From: Tubulanus polymorphus
Taxonomy: Eukaryota; Animalia; Nemertea
Direction: 5' to 3'
DNA length: 64,000 nucleotides
NCBI RefSeq assembly: GCF_964204645.1
Contig: NC_134030.1
Span: forward strand, 22,094,210 to 22,158,209
Shown: piece by piece, positions 36,910-49,926 of the stretch
Position numbering within the stretch: the first letter of the stretch is position 1
Layout: the number at the start of each line of letters is the position of its first letter
The notes under the pieces: generated by a model
Told to the model about the DNA's origin: nothing
Seen by the model: the letters and a program-made list of their open reading frames with translations, nothing else
Databases searched by the model: none
Program-made: the position numbers and the translations under genes

Positions 36910-37312
36910 TATAGAACAAAGAACTATCGGTTATAACGAACAGATTTTCTGGTCCCGTGAAGTTCGTTGTAACGAGGTTTCGCTGTATATAGAACTATCG
37001 GTTATAGCGAACAGATTTTCTGGTCTCCTGAAGTTCGTTGTAACGAGGTTCCGCTGTATATAGAACTATCGGTTATAGCGAACAGATTTTATGGTCTCCT
37101 GAAATTCGTTGTAACGAGGTTCCGCTGTCTATAGAACTATCGGTTATAGCGAACAGATTTTCTGGTCTCCTGAAGTTCGTTGTAACGAGGTTCCGCTCTA
37201 TATAGAACTATCGGTTATAACGAACAGATTTTCTGGTCTCCTGAAGTTCGTTGTAACGAGGTTCCGCTGTATATAGAACTATCGGTTATGGCGCCCTTAA
37301 GTTCGTTGTAAT
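36910..37312 (+). repeat. 71-bp tandem repeat resembling Tc1/pogo-type MITE terminal repeats
   Basis: About 5.5 copies; the reverse complement of each unit begins tacagcggaacctcgttacaacgaac, like TA-flanked pogo/Tigger TIRs. Confidence 0.85.
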
Positions 37313-37922
37313 CGGGAAACTAGAAATTTGAACTGCCCAAATCTATCGGGTCGTTGTATCGACAAAAATGGATAATTGGTTTTTATCCAAATAATTGAAT
37401 TCATTGTCGCCCATGCATTGATTAAACAAAGCGCCTCTCAAGAACACAAGGTCCTTTATTAGCTCCGTGGAAATAAATATCAGACCCAATTTAACAGTTT
37501 CCGTTACAGATCTCAAATTCTAACAATTTCGACTTCAAAATACGTAGGACGTATGACGTCATCAATGTAGTTCTAGTAAATGTTTCTAAAAACCTGAAAT
37601 TCGTGTGTGAACAATTCTAAAAATCTTTGAAAATTATGAGTTGAATGAATTGACGCCTTCAATCTTTCACTTCAAGTAACATGAAATCTAGAATTAATAT
37701 ATATTTGAAACTAATTGAGAAACCGATCTGTCAGCGAAAAAGTTCAAATATGCAAAACTGGAATCGGTTTCAAAATAATTGCAGCAGCGACGAAAAATAT
37801 CTATTTCAAAGAATTCTCAGCGAATTTTCTGATTGGACGAACTGTTATTTGTGATCGCTTGTTATTCGACGAAAAGATATGCGAATTATAGTTTGAAAGA
37901 TTCGGTTCATTCTGTCGTGTTG

Positions 37923-40900
37923 ATGCTGTTCGGTATGGATCGACTGAGAGCGCTGTTTATAGCGTCGCTGATCGTCTGGCGAGTTAACATCGCACACGCT
38001 GATCTGTCTGACTCTGTGACGGTTAGTTCGTCTTGCAACAACACTTGGTACCCCGTCGATTCTACGTCCGGTTACATCGTTTCACCGAATTACCCGTCGT
38101 TAACGCGCGGCGTTGAATGTCGTTGGTTCGTCAAAAGCTCTTTACCGGGAACTTTCAACATCGAACTATACTACGACATCGAGCCGTCGATATTCTGTAG
38201 TGATAACTACCTTCTCGTCGGTGAGTCCGATAACAGATTCTGCGGCGAAGGAAAATATGAAATCCGCCGTAACGATTCGATCTCGTTGATGTTTAGAAGT
38301 AACGTCGATGGTGCGCGGGGTAGTCGGATTTATATCATATATCGCTTCGAACGAAACCATTTGAAATTGAATCACAACTGCAGGGAAGCTTTGCACAGTA
38401 TAAACAAATTACAAACTTCGGCAGGATACAAATTCGCATTATATTTACGTCAATGTAAATTGGATTTGGAATGGATCGGGATCCCGGATGGTTTCGCTAT
38501 GAATTTGACGTTCATACAGATCGATTTCAGATTATCTCCTGGCGCTGATTCAGCGACAACTGTTCAAATTTACGACGGATGGAACACCAGTGAACCTATA
38601 GCTGTTATACCAGAACAAACCGGGCATCCACCTTCATCATTTTATACTAAAACAAACAAAGCCATTATCAGTTTTCTACAAAACCAAAACATCAACTCAC
38701 AACTATCAGTTCAGGTGTATAGAATATCTGATTGGTACGTCTCTAATCCGTTAATTCAAATCTCTCATAACGAGTCTGGAGTGCTCATAACTGATGACAA
38801 CAGTTTACACGTAATAACTCGATCAAAACACTTACACTGCTGGTCTATCAAAGTGCAGGTGTTACAGTACGTCATCTTCAACTGGACACGTGATCTCAGC
38901 ACATCCGGTGACGTCATTGGTGTATATAAACTAGAAGGGTTACGCGTTGTAGGAACTGATATTTTACTCGGTTACAACTACCTGGAATCACTGAGTGTTA
39001 AATCTGACGGCTTTCTCGTCATACTGTGCGTTTTAATAAGACCAGGTGTTTTACAATGGAAGATAAAGATTGACTTTTACGTTAAATCTATTTCTATAGG
39101 AGACGTACAAGTCAACAAACCCAGGGTAAGTAAAATTAACTACTCAGCTTTATCTAAATTAAATGTAAACTCTACAAACTATTTTTAGATTAAACTCTAA
39201 AAACTATTCTAAAACCCTTTTGTGATACAATCTTAACACGAATTAAAAGAAATACCGGTACCGAAGTCGTATAAAATGAAATCCCACATGAAAATAAGAG
39301 GACTTAGTTTTAGACATATCCAAAATAAACGGGTTTAAATATATAAGAAATATGAGGCGTAATTAATTCTTTCCATGATTAATTTCAACTTTACACCTTT
39401 TATACTTTTAGTATTTTACATTAAGTATTTTATATTTAGTATTTTTACTATTAATGACGAATTTTTTTATTTTGTAGATATCTCGCTCCAGTGCCAGTTT
39501 ACATCCTCGCTCTCTGTTCCCGACGACAAAGAAGACAACATTATCGTATCGTATAAATACTTTAGAATTTAAACGGAAAGTTGAAATCTATGAGGATAAT
39601 TTCAGACTAACAGTTTTATCAGAGACGTGCGAGAGAGCTGGATTTTATATATATGATGGTGGTAATTTTACAGCTAGACGCTATGGTCCGTATTGTCCTA
39701 GTTATAAATACGGTCGTCACGTCGTCAGGCTGATTACATCAGGAGGACCGGTTACTGTAGTAGGATACGCTTATAACTGGGATAATTTGGTTCCAGATCT
39801 AATAACGCTAATCCACTCAGCAGCAGCTCTCAGATTCAATCCTACTGATTGTGACGGGTATGTTCTACATGAAGGAGAAAGTCAGATCAATATGACGTCA
39901 CACTGTCTCGTGATTACACCTGAAAACCGGCGCCTTCCTTTAGAAAACATTTATATATTATCAGAATATGATTATCAAATTGACGCGTGTTATCCAGCGC
40001 GATACTCGGGTAGAACATGTGACATGGAAATGAGTTTATCAAATCAGTTTCTCAATAACAGTTTCGTATTAAACACTTTGAAATTGTTCGACAAATATCA
40101 ATTCTGGAATTTTAAATTGATAGTTAAACTACGTCGTAAATGTCAAGGAGAGAAAATACCTACAAAATATTCAGTTGGTGTTTCATTTTTCCCGGATAGG
40201 GATGAATGTGGAATCGTACAATCACCGAACTATCCGGGATCGGCGGGATATACTTCGGAATCTTTGTATTATAGCTTTGAAAACCCGATAGAAAATAATC
40301 GAATTCAATATTACAGATTTATAATCATATTTATTCAGACTTTACCGTGCAGTAAGTTATCTTCAAAAGACAAAGACCCAATTCTTTTTAAACAACGTAT
40401 AATTGACCTTAACGATAATGGATTAATTATTCCAAATAGCGAAGTCCAACATCAAATTACAATATGCGGAACTTATGCTAAACGTGGAAATGTATTTTAT
40501 AGTTTAAGGGACAATGATTTGCATTTTGAGATAAAGGAACGCATTCCCACATTTGAAATACAATACAATTTAGAAAAGTCGTTACCAATAAAACAGTTTG
40601 ATAAAATCCACTGTAAATCAGGATTTGTAGATTCGGGAATTTCCTGCGTCAAATACATCAGAGATGAACGTCTGAATTGGCAGAACGCTGAAATGTACTG
40701 TCAACAGAAATACGGAGGACATCTTCTCAGTATCAACTCACAAGATGAAATGATTTCTGTTAAAAGATTATTCGCCACGAAACTGCTTAGAAAGGGATAT
40801 ACCCAGGAGGCGCTTATAATGATGATCGGGCTAAAATTCAAGGTAACTTCCTAACGGCAAAGTAAGAAAAAAAGGAAAATAAAAAAGGATTCGAATCAAA

Positions 40901-43900
40901 AACTCCCAAAATGCGGATAATTGGAATCAATTTGAGCAAAAGATTTTTAGAAATAACGCTCTGTGAAATGACTTCATTCATTAACTTAGTTCTGACCCAT
41001 AACCCACGCCACATTTGAAATAAAAGATCCTGAGGCCCGAAAAAATGATTTTTTCAAAACAATATTGAAGTTAGAGCAGACACCTTCGACAAGTTCGCCA
41101 TCTAACGGAAAATTAGGTTAGTAGGCTAGTCACCTGTGAAGTGACCACGACCATATTTCAGGTTTTCTCTGTCATACCCCGCGTGACATTGCCATGGAGT
41201 GGGGTTTCTAAAGCTAATTGTAGTTTAGTTGTTGAATCGTTAATGGTTATTTAAGTGGTTAATAAAAATGCTGAAACCATTTTTGCAGTCGATAAATGAA
41301 AATGAATTCTATCTTAACAGAATAATGGTTATTACACGTGGACTGATGGTAAACCATTGAGCTACACAGAGTGGTTTAAACCTGCTATGATAAACGAAAC
41401 GATACCAGAAGTTATTCAAGGATTGATATCTCCTCTACGAAAACAACCGATAAATGACGTCAATATGCTGTGTACGGCGATGATACTGAATAATCCACGA
41501 GGATCAGCGAACTGGGTTCGATTCCCGTGTCAAATCGAGGAGACTCGAACAACTTTCATTTGCGAATCGGATAGAATTGACGTCGATTCAGAACGCATGG
41601 ATAATTCGACACTTAAAAATCAAAATACAACGAGCATCATAGAAATAACTGATACTCATAACGATATCGTATTTCTATATGGGAATAAAAATGTTCTAAA
41701 TTCGAATAGAACCAATAATAACTCGACTTGTAAAAGAGGTTGGCAAAATGTGGACGGTAAATGTTGTCAAATGCTCACAGATTGGAACAACAATCGAAGT
41801 TTGGATATTCGAAGTGCTACGAAAATGTGTCTTGACCTTCACGCTGAAATAGGCATTGTAGCTAATCACATGGAAAATGAAATAAAAGCATTAATTGACG
41901 CGTTCAGTTTTAAACACCAATATGGCGCTATACTGACTATGGATGCTAGGAAAATGTTTCAAGTGATCGAACCAGTTTTGACAAGGGATGAAATCACTTT
42001 TATCGAGTCGTTGAAATGGTCGATAAAACCGTGGAATAATCAGACAAACAACGTTCATTCCGTGCTATGTTCCTACAATGTAACTGGTGAAGAGTTGGCT
42101 TCTATAAGCGGTTGTAAATCGTGGCAGTTTAAATGTAACGATCAAAGATGTATCAGCGACCATCGCGTATGTGATACCAGAAACGACTGTCAACACGGTG
42201 AAGATGAACTCGATTGTTCGGGTTCAAACTTACAGAGTCAGTTCCACTGTTCAGATGGACGATCTATATCAATAAGTGGTTTGTGTGATTTCATAGAGGA
42301 TTGTGTCGATGGCTCGGATGAGAACTCGTGTTTTCATCCCCCGTGTTTGCCCCAACAATTCCGCTGTATTAGTGGTCAATGTGTCGATAGATCGTACCGA
42401 TGTGATGGAATCGTTAACTGTAAGGATGGCTCCGACGAGCGGGAGTGTGGTCCGCAACTTTGCAACGGGTTTCTGTGTAACAGCGGTGAATGTATCAGTT
42501 CTCTATTGTATCGGGATGGTGTTGTAGATTGTAGCGGAAGCCTCCAAGAAGATGAACTTTTAACATCGAATATTACAGTGAATCCTACAGTTCACTGTAA
42601 TAATGAGAACTACTGCACGACTAACTTCACAAACTTATGTAAGAAATCTGATGAACAAAGATGTTCTTTCGATTCTCCTCATTGTTATTCTAGGCGTCAT
42701 AGATGTATTTTAGAAAGGATGCCGATTGGTTACCCGGTATGTAGAAGGCTCGAACATATACAAGGTTGTACCGATTTTAAATGTCCAGCTGGTACTGTAA
42801 AATGTCCAGCATCGTACTGTATACCGATGGGACAGGTGTGCGATGGTCGATCAGATTGCCCTAATTCAGAAGACGAGCGAAACTGCGAGACTTTGTCATG
42901 TCCCGGCATGTTCAAATGTGGCCAGGAAAACCGATGTATACCTCAATCTGAAGTTTGTGATGGTGTTGTAAATTGTAAACATACCACTGATGACGAGTCT
43001 TACTGCGACGTTACGTGTCCTGAGTATTGTAAATGCCAAGGTTATTTAATTGATTGCGATGATGCTGGTTTAGTAGAAATTACTGATCTTTTCTCGGCAT
43101 CAACTCGAGTTCTGATTTTATCAGAAAACCGAGTAGTATTCAATGAGTCCACGTTTTCTTCTTACCTCTATCTACATTTCCTCAATATTTCACGTAACAA
43201 TTTGTCTTATATTGTTCCAAACTCGTTCTCAAACCTGCGTAATCTACATACATTAGATCTTACATATAATCGCATAATATCATTGTCCGCGAATACATTC
43301 GCCGGTTTGTATAGCTTGAAAATTCTCTTGATGTTTGGAAATCCAATTAGATATTTAGAAGAAGGCAGTTTTCAAGGTTTAAAGTCAATAATCGATCTCG
43401 ATCTTCACGGACTTTTCTTGTCGTTACTCGGTGGAAATGTGTTCAGTGGTTTATCCGATTTAGAGTCGTTGAATATCAGCAATAACAGAATCAGTTATAT
43501 TTCACCAAACGCATTTTCCGGGTTAACAAAACTGAGAAATATGGATCTTACCAAAAATTCAAAAGTCATAACCGTAGTTAGAACCGTTTTTGAGAGTCTA
43601 ACATTACTGAGTTCTTTGGCTTCTGACGCGTACAAATTTTGTTGTATGGTTCCGCATGTTGACCAGTGTCTCCCGGAAGCCGACCAATTTTCAACTTGTT
43701 CCGACCTGATGGGTAACACTGTTCTTAGAGCAATCATTTGGGCGATCGCTTCATTCAGCTTTGTCGCGAACATGATTGTCATTTTAATTCGCGTTCAAGC
43801 GTTTCGAATTTCATCCTCTGAATCACGTAACACATCCTCTGATATCCTCATCATTAATATTGCCACCTGCGATTTTCTGATGTCGATTTATCTGTTTCTG

Positions 43901-44623
43901 ATCGCAGGAGCCGATTACGTCTATAAAGGTGTTTATTTCTTAAATTCTGAAAGTTGGATAGATAGTTCATTGTGTCGACTCGCTGGGGTTATAGTAACTC
44001 TTTCGTGCGAGGGATCTTTGATTTTTCTGCTCATTCTTACCCGTCAAAGATACTCGAATATCGTCGATCCATTTTCTGGAAGTCCAATTATATCTTCGGA
44101 TTCTGTATCCGGTATTTGCTGTATATGTTGGATCATTTTAAGCATCATTTCAATGCTACCGCTATCGTCATCTACTTATTTCGGAAACAACTTTTACGGC
44201 ACAACTGGCGTCTGTTTACCTATGAATTTACTATCCATCAATGTCCACGCCTGGCAATATTCATTCGCTATTTTTGCTGTATTTAACTCGGTCGTTCTTG
44301 CTACAATAATGATGACGTATGCACAGATGTATAGACTCGTATCTGGAAGCAGGTCCGGCTCGGGTAGAGCTGATCCTACCGAATTGGTTCTGGCGCGTAG
44401 GAGTTTAGTGATAAATCTGTGTAATTTATTTTGCTGGTTACCGATAATTATCGTTCAGTTTTGCGCTGTATTCCGAGTAGAAATACCGAACCAAGTGGCG
44501 GCTTGGTTGGCGGTACTTTTCCTACCGATCAATTCGTCACTGAATCCACTTCTTTACACCATCCTCACTATCGATGTTAAATCTATTCGCGCCAGAAATA
44601 AACGAGTTTGGAGAACTCGCTGA
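37923..44623 (+). CDS. GRL101-like LDLa/LRR-containing rhodopsin-family GPCR with CUB and C-type lectin ectodomain (~1,950 aa, 3 exons)
   Basis: Exons 37923-39125, 39478-40842, 41321-44623 join in phase 0. Signal peptide (MDRLRALFIASLIVWRVNIAHA; alternative ATG 37935); CUB motifs (SGYIVSPNYPS, CGIVQSPNYPG); C-type lectin split by intron 2 (LNWQNAEMYCQQKYGGHLLSINS...IGL / WTDGKPLSYTEW); ~7 LDLa modules (e.g. CDGIVNCKDGSDEREC); LRRNT CPEYCKC plus LRRs; hinge YKFCC...FSTCSDLM; 7TM ending PINSSLNPLLY. Confidence 0.92.
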
Positions 44624-46497
44624 AACATTTCTCGTCGATATTAACCTTTTTTGCACTGTAACTAGAATTTGAAAACATTTCAGATGAAATACATCAACAC
44701 ACTTTCATATCAAATATTTGTCAGTCGATATCAACCTTTTTTAAAGTCCAATCCCGCATCTAATCATGTCATTATGATTTATAAGCACTCAGAATCAGAA
44801 TGTGAAATTGAAACATGTTTGTATCAAACACCTTGGCACGAGCACGGACTGGCGTTGGCTCAATGTTTTCTGTTATAAACACGTCACTTAAAATCAAGGA
44901 CCTAAACGCAAAGTAATCAAATTAATCAAAGTGATCTAATTCAACGTTACCTGAACACATAGTGCTATATCTAGACACTAGGGGCGCTGTATGTCATATA
45001 AGCATCTAATTTGAATATGTTGTAACACTGATAGTGAAAGAGACACTCAGTGAATACTGTTGATTATTTATATACACTATTGTTTATATATTTCTGTAAT
45101 ATCTCTTCCGAGTGAAAAATAGTTCGTCAACTTAAAACTTCGGAGGAAATTGTTGGCGCTTAAGTGTATAGGCCAAATGTCTATTTCAGCTCTACTTGAA
45201 AGCACATCAGATGGCCTAGCTCGGTCAGTCTTGGTGGTACCTTGGAGTAATCATTTGACTACTCCAAGGTGGTACATACCTGATAGTTGAAATAGACATT
45301 ACTTTTCTGCACCTTCTCCTTCGATGAGGAAAATTTAGAAACGTTTCTGTCATTAGTTTAAGCGCGATTTTATTTCGAAAATCCTGAAATAAAAGCTGAA
45401 GACAATATTCAAACAATCAGACCACGATATTAGAAAGAAAATAACACTTTTAATTCATGTCAAATGCACCTACCGGCTAAAGATGGCGCTTAAATCCATA
45501 TACTGGAAAAGGATAAAAGATGGCGATCAACCGCAAAGCCTAAAAATGAGAATGAATTGGTTTTGTTTAATGTTTGTGCGTTGTACAAAATACAGAAGCC
45601 AGTTTCAGCTGAATCAATTAATGTTCAAAATATGGTTAATTGTTACTGTTTCAACCGATTGCAATTATATATATAACCAGATGGAACTGGATTCACCCAA
45701 AACATAAGGTTCATTTTTCAACTTTTTAATCAACCGATTTTTAACCCCTTTTCATACCTAATTCTAGTAAGAACCTCAACAAACTCACCTTTATCTAGTT
45801 ACACGAATAAGTTTCACTTCATCACCAGAGTTTTGATATCAGTCTGATGTGAGAGCACCTCTAAAGTTGCGACGCGTATATCAGTTGTAGAAGACGCTGA
45901 TTAAACGCCGCGTACGAAAAGAATGGTCGAACAAACACTAGTGTCGCATTTTACATTTATCTAACTATTCGGTTCAGTGTAAACTAACACATGTCCAACT
46001 GTAATAATCCATCTTCGCTCTATTAACTGCGCGTCTTTACTAACATCAATAACATTCTACACTGAATATTATCCGTTTACGATTCCATTTTAAGTAATTG
46101 AAAAATAATCTTTTACCAGTTACATCTTAAAAACGAGTTCAATCTAAATGTGAATATCATCTGCACATTTTCACAAGAAGTCTGATGTCTGTAGACAGAA
46201 AAACGCCACGTATGACGGGTCTAATAATGCGTCACATTTTACATTATCTTACTATAATTGGGGTCAGTGTAAACTTACACATGTCCAACTGTTAAAATCT
46301 TGATTAACATCGATCAATTCTACACTGAACACCGGGTTCTGAATGGTCTAAACACGAAGGCTGGCGTTTCAAGGGATAAAATGATTCCACATCATGTAAT
46401 TTATATGAATCAATGGAAAAAAACATAATTGTGTAGTTTATTTCATGACTGTGTTTATGGCGACGATAGGTTACCCGCAGGATGGAACGAAGTTTGA

Positions 46498-46635
46498 ACC
46501 GGTGGCTACCCGTGGGGACCGGTGGCTACCCGTGGGGACCGGTGGCTTCCCGTGGGGACCGGTGGCTACCCGTGGGGACCGGTGGCTACCCGTGGGGACC
46601 GGTGGCTTCCCGTGGGGACCGGTTGCTACCCGTGG
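46498..46635 (+). repeat. 20-bp GC-rich minisatellite (accggtggctacccgtgggg), ~7 copies
   Basis: Visible tandem copies. Confidence 0.95.
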
Positions 46636-46809
46636 AAAGGAGCCAAATTTGGAATGGGCGGGTAGCCTTGATGTGAGCCATGACATCTAAAGTGTCGCAT
46701 TTCACATTATTGGGGTCAGTAAACTTTAACATGTCCAACTGTTATAATCCATCTTCGCTCTATAAACCGCGGGCCTTGTCGCTGGTGATAGCGATTTGAT
46801 TTATTAATC

Positions 46810-47017
46810 AAAAAACTGAATGATGAATTGATATTTCATGAAAAACTGAATGATGAATTGATATTTCATGAAAAACTGAATGATGAATTGATATTTCATG
46901 AAAAACTGAATGATGAATTGATATTTCATGAAAAACTGAATGATGAATTGATATTTCATGAAAAACTGAATGATGAATTGATATTTCATGAAAAACTGAA
47001 TGATGAATTGATATTTC
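46810..47017 (+). repeat. 30-bp perfect tandem repeat, ~7 copies
   Basis: aaaaactgaatgatgaattgatatttcatg repeated. Confidence 0.97.
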
Positions 47018-47329
47018 GACGCGTCGGCGTCGTAACCACACCTTGGTTCCAGCTCCCGCGAACGGAACCTACGTAGGCGTAGTCATACTGGTCGGTGATT
47101 GGCCAACAGAATCTTTATGAGGGGTGCCGAATCTACTCATGGTCACTAGAACCATGTCCACCGTATACAATAATGCATACCAGGCTCTGTATTAAAAAAA
47201 AATGTCATTAGCTAAATGTTGAATTCATTCTTCCAAAATCAAACTCTGACCAAAAGAGTAGCAACAAGAGCTACCAGGACTGACCACGTGACCACAGACC
47301 GTCAGTAACCCTAGACCGACCGTAACCCT

Positions 47330-47400
47330 AACCCTAGCAGGAAACGAACCTTCGACCTGCAGTATGTCAGCCGAGCATGCTAACCACTAGACCATAGACC
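47330..47400 (-). mobile_element. tRNA-derived SINE head or tRNA pseudogene
   Basis: Minus strand ggtctatggtctagtggttagcatgctcggctgacatactgcaggtcgaaggttcgtttcctgct has an A box (tggtctagtgg) and a B-box-like ggttcgtttcc at tRNA spacing, but the stems pair poorly. Confidence 0.5.
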
Positions 47401-47427
47401 AGTGCTGACTAGAAAGTTTGTCTGGCT

Positions 47428-47577
47428 AGTGTGGTGACTGGTGACCCGTCAGTGTGGTGACTGGTGACCCGTCAGTGTGGTGACTGGAAACCCGTCAGTG
47501 TGGTGACTGGAAATCCGTCAGTGTGGTGACTGGTGACCCGTCAGAGTGGTGACTGGAAACCCGTCAGTGTGGTGACT
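47428..47577 (+). repeat. 22-bp minisatellite (gtgtggtgactggtgacccgtca-type)
   Basis: About 6-7 tandem copies. Confidence 0.9.
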
Positions 47578-48364
47578 ATACACTAACGATACCCGCCGAT
47601 ATCATCTATTCTTTATATTAACCGATTTGTAAACATCCTGGTACACCCCCCCCCCCCCCCTCAACAACAGGCCCATTCAAATTCCACCAGGTTCGGACCT
47701 TCGGCAGGGACCGGGCGAAAAGAAGACACATTCTTCCAATCAAGCAGCCAGTCAGCGAAGATCGCAAGTCGGGTTTTGTGAAGAAACACATTCGAAATAG
47801 GTACAATTTCCGAGAGTAGGAATGAAAAATCTGCAGCAGGTTTTGACGATTTTCACTAAAGGATAGCATCAGTGGAATGACAGGAATCCATACCCTGATG
47901 TCGTGACCATAAAAACAACAACTAATCAATTAAATTTCTAGACATTTTATTATTTCGAAATAATTGACATATTTTTTCTTCATGCAACATTTTCGCACGA
48001 TACGCATTTTATTGCACCACGTTTTTTTTTCCATACATTAACAGCATAATCGTTAAATGCGAAATTATTTTTGCGAAAATAATTCATGTCAGGAGAATAA
48101 AAAAATAAATTCACACTTTACGAGTACATTTGAGGTAGGCTAGCGAACAGATTTCTTAAATTACATCTAACTGTATTCAACCTTATATATATGATAATAG
48201 CCGATAGATTGTTTGACAAAAACATACCATTCTTATGACCAGTCATTTTTGCTGCTATAAGTCCACCGGCAAGGTCCTTACAGAGATCTGCATTTATCCA
48301 AATTCCCCGACCTTCGACCAGAAATTGCCCGATAATTTATCAGATTTTCTCAGTGGTGGCCGTT

Positions 48365-48890
48365 TTTTATCAAGAGGTTCCTTAATGTGCCACTCTTCAC
48401 CCGCATGAACAACAAGACACCAAAAATACAAAATTCCCTGATTAAATTATAAGATATCCTCAGTGAAAGCTGTTCGTTATCACGAAGTTCCTTGTGCCAC
48501 TCATCACCAGTTAGAACAACAAGACACCAAAAATTCAAATTCCCTGATTAAATTATAAGATATCCTCAGTGAGGGATGTTTATTATCAAGAGGTTCCTCG
48601 TGCCACTCATCACCAGCAAGAACAAGACACCAAAAATTCAACTTCCCTGATTGAATTATTAGATATCCTCTCAGTGAGGGCTGTTTCTTATCAAGAGGTT
48701 CGTTGCGCCAACAAGACAAAAATCGTAAATGACATTGATACACTGCACTGCAGGGTAGACAAAATAAAGGATGGATGGATTGTACACTGCATTCAAATTC
48801 CCCGATTGAATTATTAGATATCCTCTCAGTGAGGGCTGTTTCTTATCAAGAGGTTCATTGCGCCAACAAGACAAAAATTCACGCCCCTGA
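48365..48890 (+). repeat. Degenerate ~110-bp tandem repeat
   Basis: Recurring tatcaagaggttc...aacaagacaccaaaaattcaaattccctgattaaattataagatatcctcagtga. Confidence 0.8.
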
Positions 48891-49194
48891 CTTTTCAAAA
48901 TAAATCTGGAAATATCCGATCTGTAAGAACCCTGGTCTATCGTCTTAAATATTATGTTCCGCAATATTACAGTCACTAAGATGACATTGAATTTGCTTTA
49001 ACGTTGGATGAAAGCTCTACACGAGAAAGGGACCCTTACAGCGTTAAAATTTGTCAGATTTTCACACGTGCCGGACACAAATCCCTGTTCCAAAAGGTCC
49101 GACTTGTACTGGCTTTACATTTATAAAAACTTATACAAAACACTAACTACACATCACACATTCAAGATAAGAAATATTAGCACTCCCTAATTCA

Positions 49195-49632
49195 ACAAAT
49201 CAGCACTCCTAACAAAATACCAGCACTCCTTGTTTTAACAAAACAGGAGCACTCCTTGTTTTAACAAAACAGGAGCACTCCTTATTGCAACAAAACAGGA
49301 GCACTCCTTATTACAACTAAACACTATAGCTTGCCTTGTTTTAACAAAACAGGAGCACTCCTTGTTTTAACAAAACAGGAGCACTCCTTATTGCAACAAA
49401 ACAGGAGCACTCCTTATTACAACTAAACACTATAGCTTGCCTTGTTTTAACAAAACAGGAGCACTCCTTGTTTTAACAAAACAGGAGCACTCCTTATTGC
49501 AACAAAACAGGAGCACTCCTTATTACAACTAAACACTATAGCTTGCCTTGGTTTAACAAAACAGGAGCACTCCTTATTGCAACAAAAAAGGAGCACTCCT
49601 TGTTCAAACGAAGTTAAAATACTAGCACTCCT
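49195..49632 (+). repeat. 26-bp minisatellite with higher-order structure
   Basis: aacaaaacaggagcactccttgtttt units punctuated three times by acaactaaacactatagcttgcc. Confidence 0.9.
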
Positions 49633-49926
49633 ATCTTTTTTAGTTTTATATTAAATTTTGATAGACATACATTCGCACATCACTGTTACGTAGAAAACCT
49701 TTAAAAATGTTATAAAACGTCACATCCTTGGACGCTATTTCAATAAGTTATCAATTACAATCGGCCCACTTCTACAGCTCGTGGTTAAGTCTGAATCTTA
49801 ATACAGAAAAACGCACATCCTTGTAATAGAAAAATTATTCACACTTTGATACAAATTTACAATTCACGGGTAACATTAAATTAAAACAACCACTTGTGCC
49901 CCGTCATTTCGGTCGAAAATGTTCCG

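Noticed and set aside
41281-41320. Acceptor ttttgcag at 41288 for GPCR exon 3
   Set aside because: Out of frame with the downstream ORF; the AG at 41319-41320 restores the lectin motif WTDGKPLSYTEW.
37833-41357. Three separate genes suggested by the ORF track (451, 355, 1088 aa)
   Set aside because: They join through GT-AG introns in phase 0, and one C-type lectin domain spans intron 2; the listed TTG starts are not real.
46445-47076. Short repetitive ORFs
   Set aside because: Generated by the 20-bp and 30-bp minisatellites.
47330-47400. Functional tRNA-Val(GAC) gene
   Set aside because: Acceptor and anticodon stems pair poorly and the B box is imperfect; better explained as a SINE head or pseudogene.
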